A stretch of 64,000 bases of DNA. Source: Patescibacteria group bacterium. Its GTDB lineage: Bacteria; Patescibacteriota; Gracilibacteria; UBA4473. Positions 40,004 to 48,476 of the stretch are shown here, one piece after another. The DNA lies in the NCBI GenBank assembly GCA_965660445.1, contig CBFIAK010000001.1, positions 576,001-640,000 on the forward strand. Reading direction: 5' to 3'. The first letter of the stretch is position 1. Each line of letters starts with the position of its first letter. The position numbers were made by a program, and so were the translations under genes. The notes below the pieces were generated by a model. That model was not told the origin of the DNA. It was given only the letters and a program-made list of their open reading frames with translations, and ran no database searches.

Positions 40004-41005
40004 TTATTGACAGCACGCTAAGGGAATAGTGTTTCCACAATGACCGAGTCCTCCGGCTCCGCCATCTGTTTGATCAAACATCCAAAAACTTCCCAGGTAG
40101 TCACCTGGAACACCATGAGTAAACCCATTACAATCATTAGCTGGTACCACCGCAGGGCTATATTTTGCCCCACCTGATGCAATCCATGCAGCGTTTGTCC
40201 AATCAGCAATAGCAGATATATCAAGTTGAGCAATAGAATGAATAAGTTCCGTTTGAGTACATAATCGGGATCCTGGAAAATCGTTATCACATAAAGCATT
40301 TGCAGCTTTGTATCCGGTGTCACCTCCACTGGAAAGACTTCCTGTGTAATTGTTAGTGGTTTGCCCTACAAAAACGCCCATGCCGCCTCCACTTGAAGCG
40401 TTTACCCATGAAAGATTTCCAGAATCATCAGATTGGAGTACTTGATTGCTGTTTGGATAATTTGTTGGAAGTGTGTAAATAGTGTTGGCTAAAAGTCCTA
40501 CAGGGGCTACAAATCCAGTGTAAAAAGTATCACCGTCGTTATAGAATTGAATTTCAGCTCCATCAAGATATTGAGTTGTCATTGCTGGTACCCATTGGGT
40601 ATTGGTTCCGTCCGTTTGAAGATACTTACCAGTATGTCCCGTTTGATCGGGGAGTATTCCATTTCCAGTCCCCCAAGAAAGCATTCCGTTTCCATCAGTC
40701 GTTAAAAACTGACCAGCACTTCCGGGATCTTCTGGTAGCACTAAAAGATATGAGGTTGGCACATCAATAGGTGCTTGAATTTCAACATAATCGGAGTCAT
40801 CTAAATCATAAAACCGATAAGGATTGGCTTGGCGTACTTGTGCAATGTCTATATAACAGTCTGGATCTGATGGTGCACAGTTTGGATCAAGTGTTTCTCC
40901 GGGGAAAAATGCCGCAAAAGAATTATTAGAGGTAAATAGTCCTATAATCAGGATTGATGTCCAAAAGGAGATACTGGCTTGAGGTCGAGAAAAGGAGAAT
41001 ATCAT
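40004..41005 (-). CDS. Secreted fibre protein 2 with C-terminal lectin/endostatin (DUF1554)-like domain
   Basis: Signal peptide; FPGETLDPNC.P....C; three LP......Q.L.TDG.G.LSW-type shaft repeats; YTG.L....GY.AANALC...FPGS.LC head. Confidence 0.7.
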   Translation of the reverse strand: MIFSFSRPQASISFWTSILIIGLFTSNNSFAAFFPGETLDPNCAPSDPDCYIDIAQVRQANPYRFYDLDDSDYVEIQAPIDVPTSYLLVLPEDPGSAGQFLTTDGNGMLSWGTGNGILPDQTGHTGKYLQTDGTNTQWVPAMTTQYLDGAEIQFYNDGDTFYTGFVAPVGLLANTIYTLPTNYPNSNQVLQSDDSGNLSWVNASSGGGMGVFVGQTTNNYTGSLSSGGDTGYKAANALCDNDFPGSRLCTQTELIHSIAQLDISAIADWTNAAWIASGGAKYSPAVVPANDCNGFTHGVPGDYLGSFWMFDQTDGGAGGLGHCGNTIPLACCQ

Positions 41006-42237
41006 TTTTGAAGGAAATTGAAGAGAGAAGTTTTCAAGAATTCATAGAGAGCGGCTAGAGGTTCGGATGATAAGTTCTTTTCAAGAGATCCTTGAATCTC
41101 TTTGAGTACTTGATCATCTTTTTCGATTTCTTTTTCGATTTGTTCTATTTCTGCTTCAATTTCTTCTCTTGTTTCATTATCAGAAATATCAGTTTCTTGT
41201 AGCTGTTTGAGTAGTTTCTGTTTTTCTCGTTCTTTTTCGATACGTCGTTGTCGTGCTCTTATAGCCGTTTGAATATCAGCATTTCCTTGTACAAACTGTC
41301 GAGACCCTATTCCTCGGGTTTGGTTTGGACTCTCTGGAGTTTGTGGAGCATTGAAATCAGTATCGAATACTTTTTGTCGTATTTGGTCGTAAATAGTGTC
41401 ATCGGGATTTTTCTTTTCTGCAGATGTTAAGTAACTTGCGTCAATATTTCGTGGATCTCGACGATATAAGACTCGGAACCCCGTATCGTTTCCAAACTGA
41501 TCCATGGCAACTCGCCCTGGGCTGTATTGTGCATACGTTACTTCTCCTGAGTCAGTTGCAAATTGGTTTATATCTGATAGTTTTCCCATATCTATTTGAA
41601 TAGCGTGTTCGAGTGATTTTTTGTATGCAGCATCGAATTCTGCTTTTGAAACTCCTAAATCGGTATTTGATCGAAATTCATCTCTTTCTCCATCAGGTCC
41701 CCATGCATATCGTTCAGCTGATTCTTGATTTATACCCAGTTCAAATGGACGCCAATTTGTTCTTACTCGAAAATCAAATACCCCACAAGAATCAGTATTC
41801 GCACAATTAAGCGTTGTTTTTCCAATGAGTGGGCCATCTAAGTATCCCCAAAAGAATCCATCTTGATCAATCCACGCTTCTGAAAAATCGATCCATCCAG
41901 TGTGTTCACCCCATGCCATACCACCAAGTTCTCCGTTCGGCGTATTGGTAACACCTCCATTAACTGGTTGAAGATTAATCCATCCATGATTTTCGCTCCA
42001 AATATACCCAGTAATTTTGGTATCATCGACAATCACGACCACTCCAGAGGGTTTGAAGTTGATCCAGCCGATGTTTTCACTCCAGGCATATTTAAAGTAG
42101 TCATCTATAGTCCCTGTTCTTTGAGCGTGTGATAGAGTGGGAAAGAGGATGAATCCTATACCCAGCAAAACCAATACAAAGAATGTTTTTAATGACAATC
42201 GTCCGAACTGTGGTGTGTGTGCTACATAGTCTCCCAT
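41002..42237 (-). CDS. Secreted protein 1 with (G)YAWSEN.GWI.F repeats and C-terminal coiled coil
   Basis: YAWSENIGWINF, YIWSENHGWINL, MAWGEHTGWIDF; E/K/Q-rich tail; 4-bp overlap with the next gene. Confidence 0.8.
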   Translation of the reverse strand: MGDYVAHTPQFGRLSLKTFFVLVLLGIGFILFPTLSHAQRTGTIDDYFKYAWSENIGWINFKPSGVVVIVDDTKITGYIWSENHGWINLQPVNGGVTNTPNGELGGMAWGEHTGWIDFSEAWIDQDGFFWGYLDGPLIGKTTLNCANTDSCGVFDFRVRTNWRPFELGINQESAERYAWGPDGERDEFRSNTDLGVSKAEFDAAYKKSLEHAIQIDMGKLSDINQFATDSGEVTYAQYSPGRVAMDQFGNDTGFRVLYRRDPRNIDASYLTSAEKKNPDDTIYDQIRQKVFDTDFNAPQTPESPNQTRGIGSRQFVQGNADIQTAIRARQRRIEKEREKQKLLKQLQETDISDNETREEIEAEIEQIEKEIEKDDQVLKEIQGSLEKNLSSEPLAALYEFLKTSLFNFLQK

Positions 42238-42474
42238 GCCTGATTAATATACAGGGTGAAAATCAAATACAGAAATAAAAAAATAGGTCAGAAAGGAGGT
42301 ATAAAAAAACAAAAAAAGAAAAACCAATACTCTATTTTTTCAAGCTTCTTTCTATAAAAAAAGAGAAAGGTTTTTTGCCTTGTTCACATTTTTTTTGCAA
42401 GAATAAAAAATGTCGTTTTAAAAAAATATTGCACTTCTTTTTTTATATTTTAAATATATATATGAGGAGAATTT

Positions 42475-42507
42475 AAAGAACCGTCTTTTTCAAAAGACGG
42501 TTTTTTT
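42475..42507 (-). terminator. Hairpin downstream of lepB
   Basis: AACCGTCTTTT-tc-AAAAGACGGTT flanked by A/T tracts. Confidence 0.55.
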
Positions 42508-42523
42508 GTATTTTGATACGTTC

Positions 42524-43156
42524 TTAGTTGAAGAGTTCTGTAAAAGGATTTTGCAGTGTGCGTATAAGCGGGATAGGCCATACAACAAATGATGCCTTGC
42601 CTTGTATGTTTTCTTGTGGAACAAAAGGGGAATGAGATCCATTACATCCTTCAATACTATAACATTGACGAGCATCAAAGCTTTTAGCACGATTATCACC
42701 AAATAATAAATAATGTTGGTCTGGAATGATAAATGATGATTGTCCGTACGTTTGAGTTTGTCCTTGATTCAGTGCTGAAAGATATATTTCATCAAGTTCC
42801 AGTTTTTCGAATTGATCGTTCGTCAAATAGAGTTTTCCGTTTTGAATATCAATGACATCTCCCGGAGTTCCAAGTATACGTTTGATATAGTATTCTTTTT
42901 TCTCTGGTGGTTGAAATACAACAACTTCTCCAAACTGTGGCTCTCGAATAAAATGATAGAGAAATTGATTCACGAATATAAATTCTCCTTTTTCAAATTG
43001 ACATTCACCTTCGATCATATTGAGCGTTGGACACATTGATGGTCCAGAAACACGGAAAAATTGAAATATATAAAATCGTATAAAAAGAACAATTATAATA
43101 AGAATAAGTGTTTCTATAGTGAAATGAGTCCAGCTTTGATCTTTGTCTTTGAGCAT
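42524..43156 (-). CDS. lepB: Signal peptidase I
   Basis: N-terminal TM; catalytic Ser box VSGPSM.PT; Lys box YIKRILG.PGD; GDNR..S.D.R. Confidence 0.93.
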   Translation of the reverse strand: MLKDKDQSWTHFTIETLILIIIVLFIRFYIFQFFRVSGPSMCPTLNMIEGECQFEKGEFIFVNQFLYHFIREPQFGEVVVFQPPEKKEYYIKRILGTPGDVIDIQNGKLYLTNDQFEKLELDEIYLSALNQGQTQTYGQSSFIIPDQHYLLFGDNRAKSFDARQCYSIEGCNGSHSPFVPQENIQGKASFVVWPIPLIRTLQNPFTELFN

Positions 43157-43220
43157 AGAAAGTAAAAAGAATATCGCTCTTGATTGTAGACAAAAAAAAA
43201 TATGGTACAATGTTTTTTGT

Positions 43221-43934
43221 ATGAAACTCAGAGACCTTTTATTCCGTGGAGTCTTGGAAGACGATGAACATGTTGTTCGGGTATTTCGCCGTTTAATGAT
43301 TGTTTTAATATCGGAAATTATTGGATGGGTATTACTTATAGGTATAGTGCATTGGGCGGTTGTAACGTATATCGCACGATGGGAATTTTGGATTTTGCTT
43401 CCGTTTTACACTATTGCAACCTATAAAGTATTAGTCCTTTTTAATAGATGGTATTTTAATGCCGTGCTTATGACCAATCAGAATATTATTATTACTGAGT
43501 GGCAAGGATTTTTTCATCAACGATCAATTGTTATTAGTTATTGGAACTTAGATGAACCACAAATAGAAAAAAAAGGATTGTTTGCTTTTATACGGAACTA
43601 CGGAGATGTAACATTTGTGAAACTCAATAGTGGAGATAAATATACTTTTAAGAAACTCGCTCATCCTCATAAAGTAGTGAAAATTATTCATCATTATAAA
43701 GGTCAGGCACTGCATGAGAAAAATTTCCAAGAAGAATCAGCTCTCAAAAACTTGATTTCAGATATGGTGCAAAGTCATGTTCGGGCAAATGGTGTACCAG
43801 AACTCAAGCAAAATACTTCCTTTACAAACCGAAAATCGACACCGGTGTTTTTTTCTGATGAAACACTTGAATATGAAAAACAATTAGATGACTTTGGTGG
43901 TATCGAAATTGATTTATCTGACGATGATGAGTAG
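43221..43934 (+). CDS. Membrane protein with bacterial PH (bPH_2-like) domain
   Basis: Two TM helices, then W.....LMTNQ.II.....GFF, ..KGL.....NYGDV, .HP.KV. Confidence 0.75.
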   Translation: MKLRDLLFRGVLEDDEHVVRVFRRLMIVLISEIIGWVLLIGIVHWAVVTYIARWEFWILLPFYTIATYKVLVLFNRWYFNAVLMTNQNIIITEWQGFFHQRSIVISYWNLDEPQIEKKGLFAFIRNYGDVTFVKLNSGDKYTFKKLAHPHKVVKIIHHYKGQALHEKNFQEESALKNLISDMVQSHVRANGVPELKQNTSFTNRKSTPVFFSDETLEYEKQLDDFGGIEIDLSDDDE

Positions 43935-43979
43935 TGTAATTCTTTTGTGCAGGGGGCTCAAATATTTTTGTTACAGTAT

Positions 43980-44438
43980 TTATTCTTTGTGGAATGCACT
44001 CCCTGCATCGATTTCAAGGGCTCTATATATTTGTTCAAGGGTCATGTTTTTAGCGAGTTCTTTGGTCCATGTCATACGACCAAATCGTATTTTTTTATCG
44101 GCTTTTTGAAGCAGAGTTGAGGAGATGCCATAAGCACCTCCTATAAGAAACTGAATACTCGTATTATGAATAAGTGAGTGTTTGAGGTATTGTGAGAATT
44201 CTTGAGAATGCAAGTCTTCACCGTGCTCATCAAAAATAACAAGTGGTATGTTGGGTTGGTATTTGTTCAGGAATATATCCGCTTCTTTTTCTTTGATTAC
44301 ATGGGCAGTTTCTTTTTTCCCATATTGAGGGAGAGGAATGATATGCAGTGAAGATCGAAAACCAATGCGACGGATGAGTTCTTTTTCGCGAGGAGTTATT
44401 TCTGAATTCTTCCCAAAAAAATAAAGATATATGTGCAT
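43980..44438 (-). CDS. rlmH: 23S rRNA (pseudouridine1915-N3)-methyltransferase
   Basis: DEHG..L.S.EFS, FLIGGAYG, MT.....A.....EQIYRA..I..G..FHK. Confidence 0.92.
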   Translation of the reverse strand: MHIYLYFFGKNSEITPREKELIRRIGFRSSLHIIPLPQYGKKETAHVIKEKEADIFLNKYQPNIPLVIFDEHGEDLHSQEFSQYLKHSLIHNTSIQFLIGGAYGISSTLLQKADKKIRFGRMTWTKELAKNMTLEQIYRALEIDAGSAFHKE

Positions 44439-44528
44439 GATAAAAAAAGACTATTTCTCTTTTTTTAAAAAAAATAGTAGACAAATGCAAGAAAAACAAA
44501 TACTATCTGCGAGCTATTTTATGTGTTC

Positions 44529-44603
44529 GGCGCCATGGCGGAGTGGCTGACGCAGAGGCCTGCAAAGCCTTTTACCCCGGTTCGATTCCGGGTGGCGCCT
44601 CCA
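44529..44603 (+). tRNA. tRNA-Cys(GCA)
   Basis: GGCGCCA/TGGCGCC acceptor, GAGGC-CTGCAAA-GCCTT anticodon arm, U73, CCA. Confidence 0.96.
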
Positions 44604-44614
44604 ATTTTTTTTAC

Positions 44615-44701
44615 GCTCGGGTGGTGGAATCGGTAGACACGAGAGACTTAAAATCTCTTGCTTACACAAGCGTGCGGGTTCAAGTCCCGCCTCGAGCACC
44701 A
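44615..44701 (+). tRNA. tRNA-Leu(TAA)
   Basis: GCTCGGG/CTCGAGC acceptor, AGAGA-CTTAAAA-TCTCT anticodon arm, long variable arm, CCA. Confidence 0.96.
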
Positions 44702-44782
44702 TAAAAAAATCACAATTCTCTTCTGATTTGTGTTTTTTTTATGTCTTTTTTTGTAGTGACAATGTGATTATTTTAAAAAATT

Positions 44783-44814
44783 TGAAAGAATTTTTTTTTC
44801 TCTGCGTATACTTA
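44783..44814 (+). promoter_or_regulatory. ECF (SigW-like) promoter
   Basis: TGAAAG-N16-CGTATACTTA; the same motif recurs upstream of the sigma gene. Confidence 0.65.
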
Positions 44815-44881
44815 AGTGAAGGTTAAAAAAAAGTATATATACAAAAGATTCCTTCATTTATTATTAACCCTTTTTTTACAC

Positions 44882-45364
44882 ATGACTAAGAAATCATTGT
44901 TAGCATTATCGCTTATGGCTACACCGTTTGTGGGGGTTGGAGCACATGCACTTTATCGTCCTTCTCCGACAGTAGGGGACTCTGGGGGAAAGCCATATAT
45001 AAGAAGTGATAATTGGGAGTATGACAAAAATTTAGAGCATTTCCATCCTCAAGATATAGAGGAGAAAAAAGAAAAACTTTGGATGCATGCTGAGAAGTTA
45101 AATGGTCGAAAATATAAACGAGGCTTGTGGAGAAATACAGAAAAAACAATAACACTTATTGATGGTGGTATTGAAAAAGTAATGACATCAAATGATCCCG
45201 TAACGGTTCAAAAGTTACAAGATAAGATGGGAACGAAGAAACACTTGAAGGGTGTTGAGGTATCGGTAGAAAACTTAGACAATGGTGTGCGTGTTACTTA
45301 TACTTCCGATGATCCTGCAATACTAGAATCTCTTCAAACCCATAGAAAAGGAAAACGAAAATGA
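44882..45364 (+). CDS. Secreted hypothetical protein with two (N/G)G(V/I)....TS.DP.....LQ repeats
   Basis: Signal peptide ending AHA; EKTITLIDGGIEKVMTSNDPVTVQKLQ and EVSVENLDNGVRVTYTSDDPAILESLQ. Confidence 0.75.
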   Translation: MTKKSLLALSLMATPFVGVGAHALYRPSPTVGDSGGKPYIRSDNWEYDKNLEHFHPQDIEEKKEKLWMHAEKLNGRKYKRGLWRNTEKTITLIDGGIEKVMTSNDPVTVQKLQDKMGTKKHLKGVEVSVENLDNGVRVTYTSDDPAILESLQTHRKGKRK

Positions 45365-45390
45365 ATAAAATATTAAAAAGTAGGACACAA

Positions 45391-45426
45391 TCAAAACAAG
45401 CTTTGAATATTCAAAGCTTGTTTTGA
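45391..45426. repeat. Perfect 36-bp palindrome
   Basis: TCAAAACAAGCTTTGAAT|ATTCAAAGCTTGTTTTGA. Confidence 0.9.
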
Positions 45427-45456
45427 AAGAAAAAAGAAAAAAAATACGTATACTTA
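45424..45456 (+). promoter_or_regulatory. ECF autoregulatory promoter candidate
   Basis: TGAAAG-N17-CGTATACTTA. Confidence 0.6.
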
Positions 45457-45478
45457 TAATGTCTTTTGATTCGCACTC

Positions 45479-46072
45479 ATGACCAATCGGTACACACAAG
45501 AAAGTGATGAGTTTTTGTTATCTCATGCTGTTGAGGAAAGTGAGTGTTTCTCACTCCTTATAGAGCGATATGAACAAAAACTGAAATATTATATCTTTCG
45601 AATTTCTCATTTTTCTCATCTTGAGGCAGAAGAGATACTCCAAGATGTTTTTCTAAAAGTTTGGGTGCATATGAATGATTTTGATGCCGATATGAAATTT
45701 TCTACTTGGATTTATCGTATCACTCATAATGAAGTTATTTCTCGGTTTCGAAAATCAAAAACGAGAGGTGAACAGAATCGTTCTGAATTTAATGATGAGG
45801 TGTTATATGCTATAGAGAGTGATATTGATATCGTAGAGGCAGTTGATGCTGATCTGCGTGCAAAAGTGGTGCACGATGTATTAGATCATATAAAACCAGA
45901 ATATAAAAATGTTTTAGTTTTGTATTACTTTGAAAATAAGAAGTATGATGAGATATCAGATATATTGGAAAAATCAGTTGGAACAGTCAGTACTTTAATT
46001 CACCGAGCGAAAAAAGAATTTATTTCTTATTATACTCAAAAATACTCTTCACTTTCTCTTATTCATGAATAA
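45479..46072 (+). CDS. ECF RNA polymerase sigma factor
   Basis: Region 2 AEEILQDVFLKVW...F....KFSTWIYRITHN; region 4 YFE.KKYDEIS.IL..SVGTV...IHRAK. Confidence 0.93.
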   Translation: MTNRYTQESDEFLLSHAVEESECFSLLIERYEQKLKYYIFRISHFSHLEAEEILQDVFLKVWVHMNDFDADMKFSTWIYRITHNEVISRFRKSKTRGEQNRSEFNDEVLYAIESDIDIVEAVDADLRAKVVHDVLDHIKPEYKNVLVLYYFENKKYDEISDILEKSVGTVSTLIHRAKKEFISYYTQKYSSLSLIHE

Positions 46073-46811
46073 AAAATCACTTTCACAATCCGTTTTGCAA
46101 TCCATAAAAAATGAAAACATAAAACCACGAAGTGCGTGGCATTACCGAGTAAAAGAGTTTATTTTCTGGCTTATTTTTGTGGTTTCTTTAGTAATCGGTT
46201 CTCAGGCTGTTTCAGTGATTCTTCATGCTTTTTTTCATACAGATTTTGATGTGTTTCAACTTATACCTCAAAATAATTGGGCTGCATTTTTGCGTATTTT
46301 ACCAGTCTACTGGTTTGCATTATTAATTTTCTTTCTTGGTTTAGCATTATGGGGATTTCGACATACGAAAAAAGGGTATCGATTTTTTACTATTTGGTTT
46401 GTATCAGGGAATATATTCTTGAGTTTTCTCATTGGAGGTGGTGTGTATATGATGGGGGGGAGTGAAAAAATGGAACAGTTATTCGCAGATACTATCTCTT
46501 TTTATGAACCTTTTGAATTGCGTCGACAATACATCTGGAATCATGCTGATAAAGGCTTATTAGCCGGTATGGTTCAAAAGGTTCTTCCTGATAATACATT
46601 CTTATTGTCTGATTTTGGTCGAAATATGTGGGTTGTAAAAAAGAGTAATGTGAATGATCCAATTATTTTTTTATTACGAAAAGGTATGAAAGTAAAGGTC
46701 GTTGGAGTGAAGGAAGATAATGGGGTTTTTCAAGCGACCCATATTCGTGAATGGAAAAAACCACATTATTTAAAGATACACTACTATACGCATCCAAGAA
46801 GTTTTCAATAA
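46065..46811 (+). CDS. Putative membrane anti-sigma factor
   Basis: Overlaps the sigma stop; 3 TM helices and an OB-like C-terminal domain (G.KVKVVG......F.AT.I). Confidence 0.65.
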   Translation: MNKKSLSQSVLQSIKNENIKPRSAWHYRVKEFIFWLIFVVSLVIGSQAVSVILHAFFHTDFDVFQLIPQNNWAAFLRILPVYWFALLIFFLGLALWGFRHTKKGYRFFTIWFVSGNIFLSFLIGGGVYMMGGSEKMEQLFADTISFYEPFELRRQYIWNHADKGLLAGMVQKVLPDNTFLLSDFGRNMWVVKKSNVNDPIIFLLRKGMKVKVVGVKEDNGVFQATHIREWKKPHYLKIHYYTHPRSFQ

Positions 46812-46813
46812 AT

Positions 46814-46840
46814 AAAAAAAGGAGTGTAACTCCTTTTTTT
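46814..46840. terminator. Bidirectional terminator
   Basis: AAAAAAAGGAGT-gta-ACTCCTTTTTTT. Confidence 0.8.
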
Positions 46841-46861
46841 ATTGGGTATCTTGATGCTTTG

Positions 46862-47551
46862 TTACAAACTATCAAAGTAAAGAGCAAGTGTAAAAGATAT
46901 TTCATCTCGAATAGCTCCATCTCCTAGATTATCAAAGAAGCTTCCAGAACCATAAGTGATTCCCCATTGAGTTCTATCGATATCAAATTGAGCTTCTACG
47001 GTAAGTGCTTGATCTTCATTGATCGTTACTTGTGCAGGAAACGTAATTTCATTTGTCGTTTCTAAGATAGTAAGGTTTCCGGTTACTAGAATTTCATTTC
47101 CTTCTGTCATTTCAATGTTTGCAATTGAAAATGTGCTTTCTGGATAGTTTTCTACATTGAAGAAATCTTCACTTTTTAAGTGTTCAATAACCCCTGATTT
47201 TTCGTGATCAATAGTGGTCATATCAATAGTGAAATTACCACTCCATGTACCATCTGTAATTTGAATTTCACCAAGTGTAACACGCACATCTCCAGTATAA
47301 GGATCGCCTACAATTTTTCCAGCAGTCCATTGCATAGCACTTTTTTGAGTATTTATAGTATAGGCATCATTGAACTCTATTTCGCTCAATGGGGTGATTG
47401 TTGACGGTGAAGATTGTGTGTCCGTATTTTGTGTCTGAGCAGGGTTTTCGTTTCTGTTTTGCGTTTGTGTTGCGTTATTTGGTGTGTTTGTGCCACATCC
47501 ACTCAAGAGAATGAGTGAAAAAAGAAGAGTAGAATACAAAAATGTTTTCAT
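46862..47551 (-). CDS. YceI family lipoprotein
   Basis: Lipobox LSGC; HLKSEDFFNVE.YP...F, GNLTI..TT..I.FP, IDRT.WGI.YGS. Confidence 0.9.
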   Translation of the reverse strand: MKTFLYSTLLFSLILLSGCGTNTPNNATQTQNRNENPAQTQNTDTQSSPSTITPLSEIEFNDAYTINTQKSAMQWTAGKIVGDPYTGDVRVTLGEIQITDGTWSGNFTIDMTTIDHEKSGVIEHLKSEDFFNVENYPESTFSIANIEMTEGNEILVTGNLTILETTNEITFPAQVTINEDQALTVEAQFDIDRTQWGITYGSGSFFDNLGDGAIRDEISFTLALYFDSL

Positions 47552-47584
47552 GAAAAAAAATATAAGGAATAAAAAGTGATGGTA

Positions 47585-48043
47585 TTATGCCAGAAAACTT
47601 CGCAGCATCCAAGCGGTTTTTTCATGAACAGCAAGGCGAGACCCAAGCATGTCAACAGTGCCTTCGTCATTCACATCGGCTGCTTTTTTTATGATATCAC
47701 GAATGAGAGATGCTATGCTTTCATGATTGGAAAGTAATGTTTCTACCATAGTGTTCGCTGGTAATGTATTGTCTGATTCTTGAAGAATAGAAAGTGACTG
47801 AAAAGATTTCATATTTCCGGGTGAGAGTACGTCGAGTGCGCGAATGCGTTCAGCTACTTCATCGTTTGCTTCAAAAAGGTCATTATATTGAGCTTCAAAT
47901 AAACTATGAAGTGATTCAAAATGGGGTCCTTTTACGTTCCAGTGGAAATTTTGGGTTTTTATAAAAAGCATGTACATGCTTGAAAGGAGCACAGAAAGTT
48001 CTTGTGCTATAATTAATTTATTTTCTTTTGTAAGTGTTGTCAT
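47585..48043 (-). CDS. dps: DNA starvation/stationary phase protection protein Dps
   Basis: KTQNFHWNVKGPHF..LH.LFE.QY, DEVAERIRAL, HEKTAWML. Confidence 0.96.
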   Translation of the reverse strand: MTTLTKENKLIIAQELSVLLSSMYMLFIKTQNFHWNVKGPHFESLHSLFEAQYNDLFEANDEVAERIRALDVLSPGNMKSFQSLSILQESDNTLPANTMVETLLSNHESIASLIRDIIKKAADVNDEGTVDMLGSRLAVHEKTAWMLRSFLA

Positions 48044-48055
48044 AGAGTAAAAAAG

Positions 48056-48469
48056 TTAAGAATTATTGTTTTTTTGTCCCTGAAGGATAAGATTTATATT
48101 TTCTATATTATATTTTTGGGGGTTTTTGATTGTGATTTGTACTTCATGAGGTTCGATATCATGGAGTGTTTTTGTTTGAGTGTCATAAAAATGATAATGA
48201 GGTTCAACCGTGCTATCGTATACAATGTTTTTAGAATGAGGATCTTTAAAGGATTTTAGTTTTCCTATTTCTATTAACATATGGATAGTATTGTAAATAG
48301 TAGCTAAACTCACGGAAGGAAACGTTTTTTCAAGATGTTTTTTTATGTCCTCAATAGTGCTATGTGATTCAGGGCGTAAAACATATTCGCAAATAGCAAT
48401 ACGAGACGCTGTCACATGTTGTTTATGTGTTTTCAGAAGATCCTGAATAGCATTTGTATCAAGTTTCAT
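48056..48469 (-). CDS. perR: Fur family regulator, PerR-like
   Basis: T.SR.AI, H.T, SLATIYNT, YD....PHYHF; lies between ahpC and dps; no CxxC sites. Confidence 0.8.
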   Translation of the reverse strand: MKLDTNAIQDLLKTHKQHVTASRIAICEYVLRPESHSTIEDIKKHLEKTFPSVSLATIYNTIHMLIEIGKLKSFKDPHSKNIVYDSTVEPHYHFYDTQTKTLHDIEPHEVQITIKNPQKYNIENINLILQGQKNNNS

Positions 48470-48476
48470 GGTCGTT

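Noticed and set aside
29188-42237. Prophage tail region
   Set aside because: All proteins have signal peptides; no capsid, terminase, tape-measure, baseplate, integrase or lysis genes; flanked by ordinary chromosomal genes
44514-44702. 62-aa minus-strand ORF
   Set aside because: It is the antisense of tRNA-Cys and tRNA-Leu
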